From NCBI GenBank assembly GCA_034722435.1, contig JAYENX010000003.1:1-52754 (forward strand): a stretch of DNA of 52,754 bases, in the 5' to 3' direction. The stretch is from Nanobdellota archaeon (GTDB lineage: Archaea; Nanobdellota; Nanobdellia; Woesearchaeales; JAHWHD01). Made by a program: the position numbers and the translations under genes. The notes beneath the pieces are model-generated. The model did not search any database, had not been told where the DNA came from, and was given only the letters and a program-made list of their open reading frames with translations. Shown piece after piece: positions 19,267 through 28,561 of this stretch (within the stretch, counting starts at the first letter, position 1; the number at the start of each line of letters is the position of its first letter).

Positions 19267-20529
19267 ATGTTGGTTTTTGATATGAAAAAAATTATAATTT
19301 TTACTCTTGTATTATTGGTTTTACTTAGTTCGGTTTTTGCTTCTGATGTTGACACTTGCGGTCCTGATACAGAATCGGAGATTTGTGAAGTAGATAATTC
19401 TGGTTTTGATATTTATTCTGCATTAACCAGAGGTCTTGAAGCTGAGCTCACGCATGGATATGAAGATTCTTTGTGTGTAATATATTTTTATGGTGATGGG
19501 TGTTCGCAATGTGCGAAAATTAAACCGTTTATTGATAATCTTGAAAATAAGTATGGAGACAAAATACATCTTAACAGGTTTGAACTTTATAATAATTTGA
19601 AAAATTATCAACTTTATACTAATTATTGTAGTATACAAAATATCCCTCTTAAAGATAGAGGTATACCTTTTGTGGCTATAGATGATAAATTTTTTATGGG
19701 TTCAGAACAGATAATTGACAATCTTGAAGATGAGATTGATTCTTTGTTAGAGTCTGGTGTTAAAACTTGTCCATTGCCTGACGCAATGAGTTGTCATCAA
19801 GTTGACGATTATAATAAATCAACAGTAGATACTGCGATTCTGGGTCTTGATAATGATAAGATTACTTTGCCTTTAATTATAGGTGCGGGGCTTATAGATG
19901 GTGTTAACCCTTGTGCATTTGCTGTATTAATATTTTTATTAACATTCTTGATTGAGGTTTCAAGTACAAAGAAAAGAATGGTTAAAGCGGGGATTGCGTA
20001 TGTTGCTGCTGTTTATGTTACATATTTTGTTGCAGGTCTAGGTTTGTTGTCGGTTATTCAGGTTACTGGACTTTCGAGGATAATATTAATAGTTGCTGCC
20101 ATAGTTGCGATAGTTGCAGGTTTGATAAATGTTAAAGATTATTTTTGGTATGGAAAAGGGTTCTCTCTTAAAATTTCTGGAAGCAGGAAAGGTATTATTG
20201 AAAAATGGACTAAACGTGCCAACATTCCTGCAGCTTTGGTTTTAGGATTTCTTGTATCAATGTTTGAACTTCCTTGTACAGGTGGTGTATATTTGGCTAT
20301 ACTCGCGTTACTTGCTAATACCGGTACTAGGATATCAGCAGTTCCGCATCTTTTATTATATAATTTAATGTTTATACTTCCGTTAGTTGTAATCATACTT
20401 GCAGTTACATTTGGTATGAAAGCTGAACATATAGAAAATTGGCGACAGAAAAGGAAAAATGTGATGAAGTTAGTGATGGGTTTGGTTTTACTTGCGTTAG
20501 GGTTTGCGTTATTGTTTGGGTGGTTTTAG
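19267..20529 (+). CDS. Thioredoxin-like domain fused to CcdA/DsbD transmembrane domain
   Basis: YFYGDGCSQC, RGIPFV; DGVNPCAFAV and FELPCTGGVY conserved Cys pair. Confidence 0.88.
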   Translation: MLVFDMKKIIIFTLVLLVLLSSVFASDVDTCGPDTESEICEVDNSGFDIYSALTRGLEAELTHGYEDSLCVIYFYGDGCSQCAKIKPFIDNLENKYGDKIHLNRFELYNNLKNYQLYTNYCSIQNIPLKDRGIPFVAIDDKFFMGSEQIIDNLEDEIDSLLESGVKTCPLPDAMSCHQVDDYNKSTVDTAILGLDNDKITLPLIIGAGLIDGVNPCAFAVLIFLLTFLIEVSSTKKRMVKAGIAYVAAVYVTYFVAGLGLLSVIQVTGLSRIILIVAAIVAIVAGLINVKDYFWYGKGFSLKISGSRKGIIEKWTKRANIPAALVLGFLVSMFELPCTGGVYLAILALLANTGTRISAVPHLLLYNLMFILPLVVIILAVTFGMKAEHIENWRQKRKNVMKLVMGLVLLALGFALLFGWF

Positions 20530-21327
20530 ATAGTTTTTTATCATAACATTAATCCTGTAGCATTTAGTTTGTTTGGTTTAGATGTATATTGGTATGGAAT
20601 AATTTTCGTGTTAAGTTTTGTGATTGCTTATTTCTTTATGAAGTTCTTGGTTAAAGAAAGGGGTATACATTTAACAAATCATGATATTGATGACTTTTTT
20701 CTTTGGCTGATAATTTCTGTATTGTTGGGTGCACGGTTAATATATGCAGTTGTCTATAATTTCTGGTTCTTTGTTGCTGAGCCTTTACATTTATTTTATT
20801 TTTGGGAAGGAGGTTTAAGTTTTCATGGTGGTTTGATAGGTGCTGTTATCATGGGTCTTATTTATTGTAAAGTTAAGAAGTGTAAATTTTATGATATTGC
20901 AGATATATTAGTTATACCTCTTGCTCTTGGTTTGATGCTTGGTAGGATTGGAAATTTTATCAATGGGGAATTGTATGGTCGAGTAACTTCTGTCAGTTGG
21001 GCTTTTAAGTTTGAAGGTGCTGAAGGTTTTAGGCATCCTTCGCAAATTTATGAATGTTTTAAAAATTTTGTTATATTTTCAATCTTGTGGACAGTGCGTA
21101 AGAAGGATTGGCCTCGAGGGTTTTTGTTCTGGATGTTTATTACATTGTACGGAGTTTTTAGGTTTTTGATTGAGTTCGTAAGACAGCCCGATCGACAGAT
21201 AGGCGACTACGGTTTGTTTTTTGGATGGATGAGCATGGGTCAGATATTGTGTAGTGTGATGGTTGTTTTAGGTGTTTATTTCTTGGTTAGGTTATGGAAA
21301 AATGATAAAATTAATAAATACAATTAA
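20530..21327 (+). CDS. lgt: Prolipoprotein diacylglyceryl transferase (ORF track start 20569; conserved frame extends to 20530)
   Basis: YWYG, GARLIY, GGLSFHGG, GRIGNFINGELYGR, HPSQIYE, RFLIEFVRQPD; in-frame HNINPVAF upstream of the TTG. Confidence 0.93.
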   Translation: MVFYHNINPVAFSLFGLDVYWYGIIFVLSFVIAYFFMKFLVKERGIHLTNHDIDDFFLWLIISVLLGARLIYAVVYNFWFFVAEPLHLFYFWEGGLSFHGGLIGAVIMGLIYCKVKKCKFYDIADILVIPLALGLMLGRIGNFINGELYGRVTSVSWAFKFEGAEGFRHPSQIYECFKNFVIFSILWTVRKKDWPRGFLFWMFITLYGVFRFLIEFVRQPDRQIGDYGLFFGWMSMGQILCSVMVVLGVYFLVRLWKNDKINKYN

Positions 21328-21341
21328 TATTAATCCATGTT

Positions 21342-22037
21342 ATGAAAGTAGCTGTTGTTTCTAGGGATGAAGATTTGATAAGTCGGTATTTTAAGATATT
21401 TGATTTTAAAAAAGTGTCCCGAGATCCTGACATGGTTATTGCCCTTGGTGGCGATGGTACTTTTCTTTATGCTGAGCAGAAGTATCCAGGAGTTCCTAAA
21501 GTGTTCATATATCATGGTAGTCTTTGCGAGGATTGTAGAGAGCATGACTTTTCTAAGATATTAAGTAAAATTCGTAGGAAAGATTATGCTGTGCATAAGT
21601 TCATGAAACTTTCTGTAAGTGTAAAAGGAGAAAAGTTTTTGGCAATGAATGATGTAAATATTCATTATGTTCCTCCAACAGCTTTAAGATACGAAGTTGC
21701 TGTGGGTGGTGCTTATGATTCTTATATTGGAGATGGGGTTGTGATTGCGACCCCGTATGGTTCGAGTGCTTATTTTTCTTCAATATCTAATAAGAAGTTT
21801 AAAACTGGGATTGGTGTGGCTATTAATAATTCGACTAAAGGAAAAAGAAGTTTTGTTGTAAAAGAAGGAAATCAGTTAAAAATTAAAATTATGAGAGGGC
21901 CTGGTGTTTTGGCAGTGGATTGTAATAAGAAGATTGTTCATCTTAAGGCCGGGGATAAGGTTGTTGTAAAGAAAGCAAGATCTTTTGCAAAAGTGTTGAA
22001 ATTTAGAGGGTATAATCTTAAAATTAAGAAAATTTAA
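21342..22037 (+). CDS. ppnK: NAD kinase
   Basis: ALGGDGTFL, AMNDV, GDGVVIATPYGSSAY. Confidence 0.9.
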   Translation: MKVAVVSRDEDLISRYFKIFDFKKVSRDPDMVIALGGDGTFLYAEQKYPGVPKVFIYHGSLCEDCREHDFSKILSKIRRKDYAVHKFMKLSVSVKGEKFLAMNDVNIHYVPPTALRYEVAVGGAYDSYIGDGVVIATPYGSSAYFSSISNKKFKTGIGVAINNSTKGKRSFVVKEGNQLKIKIMRGPGVLAVDCNKKIVHLKAGDKVVVKKARSFAKVLKFRGYNLKIKKI

Positions 22038-22093
22038 CGAAGTTCTTATAAAACATAAACTATATAAATAATGGATTAAGGTTCTTCTATAAA

Positions 22094-22207
22094 ATGGTAT
22101 ATGTCTGTAAAAATTGTGGAAGAACTTCTGATGTATCTGATAGATGTTGTGATGAAGAAATGTTCATGGATGAATTTGTATTAGATATAGAAGACGATGA
22201 TGTTTAG
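22094..22207 (+). CDS. 37-aa Cys-rich micro-protein (not in ORF track)
   Basis: Manual translation MVYVCKNCGRTSDVSDRCCDEEMFMDEFVLDIEDDDV*; TATA-like upstream, abuts glutaredoxin RBS. Confidence 0.55.
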   Translation: MVYVCKNCGRTSDVSDRCCDEEMFMDEFVLDIEDDDV

Positions 22208-22209
22208 AG

Positions 22210-22461
22210 GTGATTGAAAAAATGGTAAAAGTAATAGTTTATACGACACCAACGTGTCCGTTTTGTACTTCTGTTAAGGAATTTCTTACAGAAAATAAGA
22301 TTGAGTTCGAGAGTATAGATGTTTCAGTTGACCAGGAGAAAGCTAAAGAGATGATTGAGAAGAGTGGTCAGCAAGGAGTTCCTGTGGTTGATATTGATGG
22401 ACAGATTGTAGTTGGATTTAATGAAGAAAAGTTGAAAGAGCTTTTAAAAATAGAGGGATAA
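22210..22461 (+). CDS. Glutaredoxin (NrdH/YruB-like)
   Basis: YTTPTCPFC, GQQGVPVVDIDGQIVVGFN. Confidence 0.92.
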   Translation: MIEKMVKVIVYTTPTCPFCTSVKEFLTENKIEFESIDVSVDQEKAKEMIEKSGQQGVPVVDIDGQIVVGFNEEKLKELLKIEG

Positions 22462-22464
22462 AAA

Positions 22465-22659
22465 ATGGCAAAATATGAAGTAACACAAGAACATGATAAA
22501 TGTATTAGTTGCGGTGCATGTGTAGCTATTTGCGCTGATAATTGGGAAATGGCTGATGATGGTAAAGCAAAGTTTAAAGCAGCTGAGAGTGATGCTGACT
22601 GTAACAAGGATGCTGAAACTGGTTGTCCAGTAAAGTGTATTAAGGTCAAAGAATTATAA
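22465..22659 (+). CDS. Single-cluster ferredoxin
   Basis: CISCGACVAIC ... GCPVKCI. Confidence 0.9.
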   Translation: MAKYEVTQEHDKCISCGACVAICADNWEMADDGKAKFKAAESDADCNKDAETGCPVKCIKVKEL

Positions 22660-22692
22660 TTTTTTCTTTAATTTTTATTACACTAAATAACT

Positions 22693-22826
22693 AGAAAGCC
22701 TCTTTTTTTAAGGTGAGGATGAATGGCTTTCTGGTTCTTTGTGTCTCAAAAATCCGTTTGTCAAAGAGAATGATTGTCAAGCCCATTCAAGGTTGGGTAG
22801 GTCGCTTTCGGCGGATTTTAGTGACA
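22693..22826 (+). mobile_element. ORF-less IS200/IS605-end-like element, copy A
   Basis: agaaagcc..gaggatgaat..ggctttct, then aaaatccg..caagccc-hairpin-gggtag..cggatttt; homologous to 28428..28560 and 48523..48659. Confidence 0.5.
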
Positions 22827-22856
22827 TTTTTATTAAATATAGCGAGGTGTTGATAT

Positions 22857-23093
22857 ATGGCAGGATTTGATCCAAATTTAGATAAAACTCTTTTTGAAGA
22901 GAAAGCAGAGTTTGAAAGAAGTAATGTGGTAGTAGGCGTTAAAGCTTATAATGAAGGAGTTGCAAAGTTGCAGCTTACAAGAGAAAATAAAAAAGCAGAC
23001 GGTTCTACAAGTTTTGCAAAGTTAGGAAGACTTACAAAGGAAGAAGTTGTGGCAATGTTACCTTTGATTGATAAAGCTATGAGTTTTCTTTAA
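22857..23093 (+). CDS. Small conserved protein, probable PC4/whirly-like ssDNA-binding fold
   Basis: VGVKAYNEGVAKLQLTRE...FAKLGRLTKEE; RBS gaggtg. Confidence 0.5.
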   Translation: MAGFDPNLDKTLFEEKAEFERSNVVVGVKAYNEGVAKLQLTRENKKADGSTSFAKLGRLTKEEVVAMLPLIDKAMSFL

Positions 23094-23201
23094 TTTTTTA
23101 ATTTTTTCTTTTTAATTTTGTTTAATTTGATTTTGTTTAATATGAACCTTTTTTGTTTATGTTTCTATAACTTTAAATATTAACCTCTTTTTCTATATTA
23201 T

Positions 23202-23993
23202 ATGAAGGCTTATATTAAGAAACTTTGTAGACGGATTGAAGGTGAGAAGAATATTAAGATACTTTTTGCTGTTGAGAACGGTAGTAGAGCTTGGAGAATG
23301 GAGAGTCAAGATAGTGATTTTGATGTTAGGTTTGTTTTTGTGAGGCCTATAGAGGAGTATGTACAGATAAATAAACCTGGTGAGGTTATTAATGTTGCTT
23401 TTGATGATGAGGGAATTAAAGTTCCTGTGCAAGGTTCTCTTATTGATTTTGCAGGGTTTGATATATTTAAGTTTGTTAAAATGCTTTCTTCGTCTAATCC
23501 TACTTGTATTGAATGGTTAGTTTCTGATATTGTGTATCACGGAACACAGAATAAAGTGTTCAAGGATTTTGCAATTAATAATTTTAATAGAATAAGTCTT
23601 TATCATCATTATAAGTCAATGTGTAGAAATAATTATCTTAAATATTTAAATTCTGATGATTTTGTGACATATAAAAGATATCTTTATGCTCTTAGAGGGC
23701 TCGTGAATGCGAAATGGATTGTGCATAAAAGAACTGTTCCGCCTATTATTTTTACTGATGCTTTGAAAGAGATGGTGGGTATTATTCCTAATCATATTCT
23801 TGAGAAATTAAATGAGATTATTATGTTGAAAGCTAAAGGTAAAGAAAAACAAGTTGTACAAAATATTGTTAAGATGGATACTTATATTGAAGAGTTTTTG
23901 AAAGATGATAGTGAAGCACCTAAAGAGAAGAATCATGGGACATTGAATGATTTGAATGCTGAGTTAAGAAAGATAGTTTTAAAACAGAAATAG
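23202..23993 (+). CDS. Pol-beta-type nucleotidyltransferase (YcgL/RlaP-like)
   Basis: AVENGSRAW..SQDSDFDVRFVF; KRYLYALRGL. Confidence 0.85.
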   Translation: MKAYIKKLCRRIEGEKNIKILFAVENGSRAWRMESQDSDFDVRFVFVRPIEEYVQINKPGEVINVAFDDEGIKVPVQGSLIDFAGFDIFKFVKMLSSSNPTCIEWLVSDIVYHGTQNKVFKDFAINNFNRISLYHHYKSMCRNNYLKYLNSDDFVTYKRYLYALRGLVNAKWIVHKRTVPPIIFTDALKEMVGIIPNHILEKLNEIIMLKAKGKEKQVVQNIVKMDTYIEEFLKDDSEAPKEKNHGTLNDLNAELRKIVLKQK

Positions 23994-24136
23994 TAGATTT
24001 TTGAACATTTAGTTACCATTTCTGAATATATCAACTTATATTAACTGTGGAGATTTATTTTATTATTTAGCACATTTGCTATAAAACAATAAAATATATA
24101 AACTAAATTCTGATTATTTCTTATATTGTTATTTAA

Positions 24137-26002
24137 ATGTTTAAAAGGGGTGTTTTCATGAAAAAAGTATTGACAATGTGTCCATATTGCGGTGTAGGTT
24201 GTTCTTTTTATCTTAATGTTGAAGAAGGTAAGGTTATTGGTGTGACGCCTTGGAAAAAAGATCCTGTTTCCGAGGGTAAGCCTTGTATCAAGGGCCAGTT
24301 TAGTTTTCAAACAATATATGCCAAGGATCGAGTTTTGGACCCTATGATAAGAAAGAATGGTAAACTTGTTCCTGTTACATATGATGAAGCTTACAAACAT
24401 ATCTATAAAAATCTTAAAAAGTTAAAGCCTGAAGAGATTGCTTTCTATGGAAGTTCGCCTTGTACTAATGAAGATAATTATCTTCTACAGAAATTTGCTG
24501 GTGATGTTTTCAAGACTAAAAATTTAGATAGTTGTGCAAGACTTTGTCATGCTACAACATGTTATGCTTTTTTTGAAGCTTTTGGGATAACTGCGATGCC
24601 TGCAAAGATTGATGATTTTAAGAAATCTGATTGTATTTTAATAATGGGTTCTGATCCTGTTGCTTCATATCCTGTAGCCTTTCAAGAAAAAATTTTGGTT
24701 GCGAAGAAGAATGGTGCCAAATTAATCTGTGTCAAGGATTGGAAAGATGAAACTGCTCAGTATGCTGATCTTTATGTTGAGGTTAAGGTAGGCACAGAAA
24801 TGGCTTTTCTTAATGCTGTTATGAATGAGTTACAGCAAATGGGTGCGATTAAGCTACCTGTTGCAATGGTTAAGAATGTTGAGAAGTATACTGCTGATTA
24901 TGTTAAGACGGTTTGTATGCAAACTTCTTTTGATATTAAAAATGTTAAGAAAGTCGCAAAATTGATTGCGAAGAGTAAAAAGTTTTCTTTAGGTTTTGGG
25001 ATGACTCTTACACAGCATACTTATGGTGTTGAAAATGTGTTGGCTGCAATTAATCTTGTGCTTGCTAAGAAAGGTAAGATTATTTCCATGAGAGGGAAAG
25101 CTAATATTCAAGGTGTAGGCGATATGGGTATGTTGCCTAAACAAGGTGGAGATACAATATCGGGTTCAATATTTTTGAATAAGGTGAAAGCTTATTGGAT
25201 TATGGAATCTAATCCTGCACAAAGTATGCCTGATTTGAATGCGTGTCATAAAGTGCTTAAAGATATGTTTTTAGTTTTACATACAACTTATCCTAATGAA
25301 ACAATGAAGTTTGCTGATGTAGTTCTTCCTTCTTGTGCATGGGCTGAGAGGGATGGTAGTTTTACAAATGCTGAGTCTCGAGTGCGTTATGTTGAGAAAG
25401 CTGTTGATTGTATGGGAGAGAGTAAGCCTAACTGGGTTATGATTAAAGAGGTTGCTAAGTATTTTGGTAAGAAGTATAATTATAAAACTTCTGTTGATAT
25501 CTTTAAAGAGATTAAAAAGAAAATAAAAGGGTATGAAGCTATAGATGTTGATAAGTTATTGAAGCATAAATCGCAATGGGTGTATAGACCGATACAGTAT
25601 AAGCATTATCATCCTGTTGAGTTTGAGTGTGTTGAAGAAAATACTTCTAAAGAGTATCCGTTTATTCTTTCGACTAAACGTTGGAAGTTTCATTTTTGTA
25701 CAGGAGAAATGAGTATGCGACAGGAAGTTCTTAGAAAGTTGTCACCTGAAGCTTTATGTCTTGTGAGTAAAGAAGATGGTGCAAAGCTTAAACTTAAAGA
25801 TCATGATAAGGTTGAGATTAGGTCAAGAGTGGGTAAAATCCGGGTTAAGTGTAAGATTACTGATGATGTGCCTCAAGGTCTTGTACTAGTACCTTTTCAT
25901 TTTGAGAAAGTTTTGGTTAACAAGCTTATACCTTTAGAGTTTGGACCTGTTGTTGAGGAGCCTAACCTGAAAAGAATTGCTGTAGCGATTAAAAAGGTGT
26001 AA
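24137..26002 (+). CDS. Molybdopterin oxidoreductase, formate dehydrogenase alpha-like (probable start 24158)
   Basis: CPYCGVGC 4Fe-4S motif, DSCARLCHA, MRGKANIQGVGDMG, ADVVLPSCAWAERDGSFTN, C-terminal molybdopterin-binding domain. Confidence 0.88.
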   Translation: MFKRGVFMKKVLTMCPYCGVGCSFYLNVEEGKVIGVTPWKKDPVSEGKPCIKGQFSFQTIYAKDRVLDPMIRKNGKLVPVTYDEAYKHIYKNLKKLKPEEIAFYGSSPCTNEDNYLLQKFAGDVFKTKNLDSCARLCHATTCYAFFEAFGITAMPAKIDDFKKSDCILIMGSDPVASYPVAFQEKILVAKKNGAKLICVKDWKDETAQYADLYVEVKVGTEMAFLNAVMNELQQMGAIKLPVAMVKNVEKYTADYVKTVCMQTSFDIKNVKKVAKLIAKSKKFSLGFGMTLTQHTYGVENVLAAINLVLAKKGKIISMRGKANIQGVGDMGMLPKQGGDTISGSIFLNKVKAYWIMESNPAQSMPDLNACHKVLKDMFLVLHTTYPNETMKFADVVLPSCAWAERDGSFTNAESRVRYVEKAVDCMGESKPNWVMIKEVAKYFGKKYNYKTSVDIFKEIKKKIKGYEAIDVDKLLKHKSQWVYRPIQYKHYHPVEFECVEENTSKEYPFILSTKRWKFHFCTGEMSMRQEVLRKLSPEALCLVSKEDGAKLKLKDHDKVEIRSRVGKIRVKCKITDDVPQGLVLVPFHFEKVLVNKLIPLEFGPVVEEPNLKRIAVAIKKV

Positions 26003-26004
26003 AT

Positions 26005-26163
26005 ATGGGTTTTGGTGGTTTGCTCAAGGATTTTTTGATTTTTCTTTTATTTATTTTAGTTATTAAGTCTTGGATATTTGGTCAGGGTATAACTCTTAAG
26101 ATTGGTGTGTTGTCGATAATGTTGTTTGTCGTCGCTGCATCTTTTAGGTTTAAGAGTATATAA
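26005..26163 (+). CDS. 52-aa two-TM membrane protein (not in ORF track)
   Basis: Manual translation MGFGGLLKDFLIFLLFILVIKSWIFGQGITLKIGVLSIMLFVVAASFRFKSI*; starts 2 nt after the oxidoreductase stop. Confidence 0.5.
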   Translation: MGFGGLLKDFLIFLLFILVIKSWIFGQGITLKIGVLSIMLFVVAASFRFKSI

Positions 26164-26243
26164 CTTCAATTCGTTTCAAACTTATCGACAGGTATTTATA
26201 AACATAATACAAACATAATAATATATTACTAAATGTAATTATC

Positions 26244-28361
26244 ATGGAGGATGGTAAAATGAAATTAGAAAATGTATTAGCGTTCATATTTGCTTTAATT
26301 TTAGTTGGAGGGGTTTTAGCCGGTTGTCAAAGTGTTGTAGTGCCTAATGATCCAATTGTTGTTGATGGTGTAGGCGCTTATGGTGATTTAGAGTTTGATC
26401 TTGGCAAGGATATTACTACAAAGACTTTTAGTTCTGATGATGAACTTTTGAATTTTATCAAAGACCATGAAAGTGATAATTATTATGGATATGATAATAT
26501 GTTGAAAGGTGGTATGGTTTTAGAAAGCGCTGAAATGGCTGTTGAATCAGTTGCGATGGCAGTTCCAACATCAGTTAATGTCGAAAGAGATTTTTCAGAA
26601 ACTAATGTTCAAGTAACGGGTGTGGATGAAGCTGATATTATCAAGACTGATGGTGACCATATCTATACAGTCTCTGGTAATGTGCTTTTTATTATTAAGG
26701 CTTATCCCGGAGAGGATGCTGAGATTGTTTCTACAATTAAGTTCGAGAACAGGCCTGAGTCTTTATTCATTGATGGAGATACTTTAGCTGTCTTTGGTAA
26801 TTTTAGAGATAATGATTATTTCAAAAAAGTTAATTTCCAGCCTAGGTCTGGTATGACTTATTTGAATGTGTATGATGTTTCTGATAGGGTGGAGCCTGAA
26901 CTTGTTAAAGAGTATAAGTTTGAGGGTGGATATTTTAGAGGACGTATGGTTGATGGATATATGTATATACTTACATCTACAACTCCTTATGCCAGACCTG
27001 TTCCTATGCCTGTAATTTTTGAAGATGGTGTGAAGAGTGAAATGGTTGTGGGAGATATACATTATTTTGATATTAATTATAGAAATCCTGTGTTTGTAAA
27101 TATACATGCGATTAATATGGACGATTCTGATGAGTTAAGTTCAAAAACTGTTGTAGTTGAATATTCGCAGAATCTTTACATGTCAGAGAATAATATCTAC
27201 ATAACGTATACTGAGAGTATAAGTGAATGGGAACTTCAAAAAGTGATTGTGATGGAACTTCTTGAACCATTCCTTAGTGATTCTGATAAATTTTTGATAG
27301 AGAAGATTAAAAAGGTTGATAATGATATTCTTTCCAGAGCTGAGAAGGATGCCAAGATTTTTGCAGTTTATGAAACTTATATGTCTGGTTTGACAAGGGA
27401 AGAACAAGATGATCTTGAAGACGATGCTGAAAAATTGTTGAAGGAGAAGCTCGAAGAGTACAAATATTTCGAGTTTACAGTGATCAATAAAATATCTGTT
27501 GATAAGTCCGAGATTAAAGTAGTGGTTAATGGTAAAGTTCCTGGGCACGTGATTAATCAATTTTCAATGGATGAATTTGATGATATATTTAGAATTGCAA
27601 CTACAGTTAATTCTAGATGGTCAAGATTTGATAGTGGTAGGAGTGAATCTGTAAATAATATTTACACTTTGAATTCGGATCTTGAGATACTTGACGAGCT
27701 TGAAGATCTTGCAGAAGGTGAAAGGATATTTTCAACAAGGTTTATGGGTGATAAACTTTACATGGTAACCTTCAAACAGGTTGATCCATTTTTTGTGATT
27801 GATTTGAGTAATCCTAATGAGATAAAGGCACTCGGAGAATTGAAAATCCCTGGTTTTTCAAGATATCTTCATCCGTATGATGAGAATACTATTATAGGGA
27901 TTGGAAAGGATGCGAGTGAAAGCGGCAGAACTAGAGGTTTAAAGATTTCTTTGTTTGATGTTTCAGATGTTTCTGATCCTAAAGAGGTTGCGCAGTATGT
28001 TGCTGAGTCAAGATATTCTGGAACATCTGCTGAGTATGAGCATAAAGCGTTTCTCTTTTCAAAGGAGAAAAATCTGTTAGTTATTCCTGTGTATAGTTAT
28101 GATTATGATGATACAACACAGGATTATAACGGAGCTTTTGTGTTTGATATTAGCAAGGATGAGATTGAACTTCGTGGGTTGATTGATCATTCACAAGGTA
28201 AGCAAAGGTATTATCAGCCGGCTGTGGAGAGAAGTTTGTATATTGAGGAACTTCTTTATACAAAGTCGAAGGATTTGCTTAGGATTAATCAGATAGAAGA
28301 TCTTGAGAAAGTAAAGAATGTAGAGCTGAAGTATTCAGATCCTGGAATACCTGTTTATTAA
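26244..28361 (+). CDS. Secreted beta-propeller-domain lipoprotein
   Basis: Lipobox VLAGC; FSETNVQVTGVDEADIIKTDG; INQFSMDE; RFMGDKLYMVTFKQVDPFFVIDLS; LKIPGFSRYLHP. Confidence 0.85.
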   Translation: MEDGKMKLENVLAFIFALILVGGVLAGCQSVVVPNDPIVVDGVGAYGDLEFDLGKDITTKTFSSDDELLNFIKDHESDNYYGYDNMLKGGMVLESAEMAVESVAMAVPTSVNVERDFSETNVQVTGVDEADIIKTDGDHIYTVSGNVLFIIKAYPGEDAEIVSTIKFENRPESLFIDGDTLAVFGNFRDNDYFKKVNFQPRSGMTYLNVYDVSDRVEPELVKEYKFEGGYFRGRMVDGYMYILTSTTPYARPVPMPVIFEDGVKSEMVVGDIHYFDINYRNPVFVNIHAINMDDSDELSSKTVVVEYSQNLYMSENNIYITYTESISEWELQKVIVMELLEPFLSDSDKFLIEKIKKVDNDILSRAEKDAKIFAVYETYMSGLTREEQDDLEDDAEKLLKEKLEEYKYFEFTVINKISVDKSEIKVVVNGKVPGHVINQFSMDEFDDIFRIATTVNSRWSRFDSGRSESVNNIYTLNSDLEILDELEDLAEGERIFSTRFMGDKLYMVTFKQVDPFFVIDLSNPNEIKALGELKIPGFSRYLHPYDENTIIGIGKDASESGRTRGLKISLFDVSDVSDPKEVAQYVAESRYSGTSAEYEHKAFLFSKEKNLLVIPVYSYDYDDTTQDYNGAFVFDISKDEIELRGLIDHSQGKQRYYQPAVERSLYIEELLYTKSKDLLRINQIEDLEKVKNVELKYSDPGIPVY

Positions 28362-28427
28362 TTTTTTAATTGTTTTTTCTTTTTTTAAATTTTTTATATA
28401 TTTTTATTTTCTTTTACACGAAAAAAA

Positions 28428-28560
28428 GCAGAAAGCCTTGCCCTTGAGGGAGAGGATGAATGCTATTTATGTTTTGTGCTTTTTTTGTGTCCTAGAAATC
28501 CGTCTCGAAAATCTTGCGCAAGCCCGGTCCTTTAGGGCTGGGTAAGTAGGATTTTAGGAT
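28428..28560 (+). mobile_element. ORF-less IS200/IS605-end-like element, copy B
   Basis: gaaagccttgcccttgagggagaggatgaat and caagcccggtcc-ttta-gggctgggtaag; enclosing stem tcctagaaatcc/ggattttagga. Confidence 0.55.
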
Positions 28561-28561
28561 T

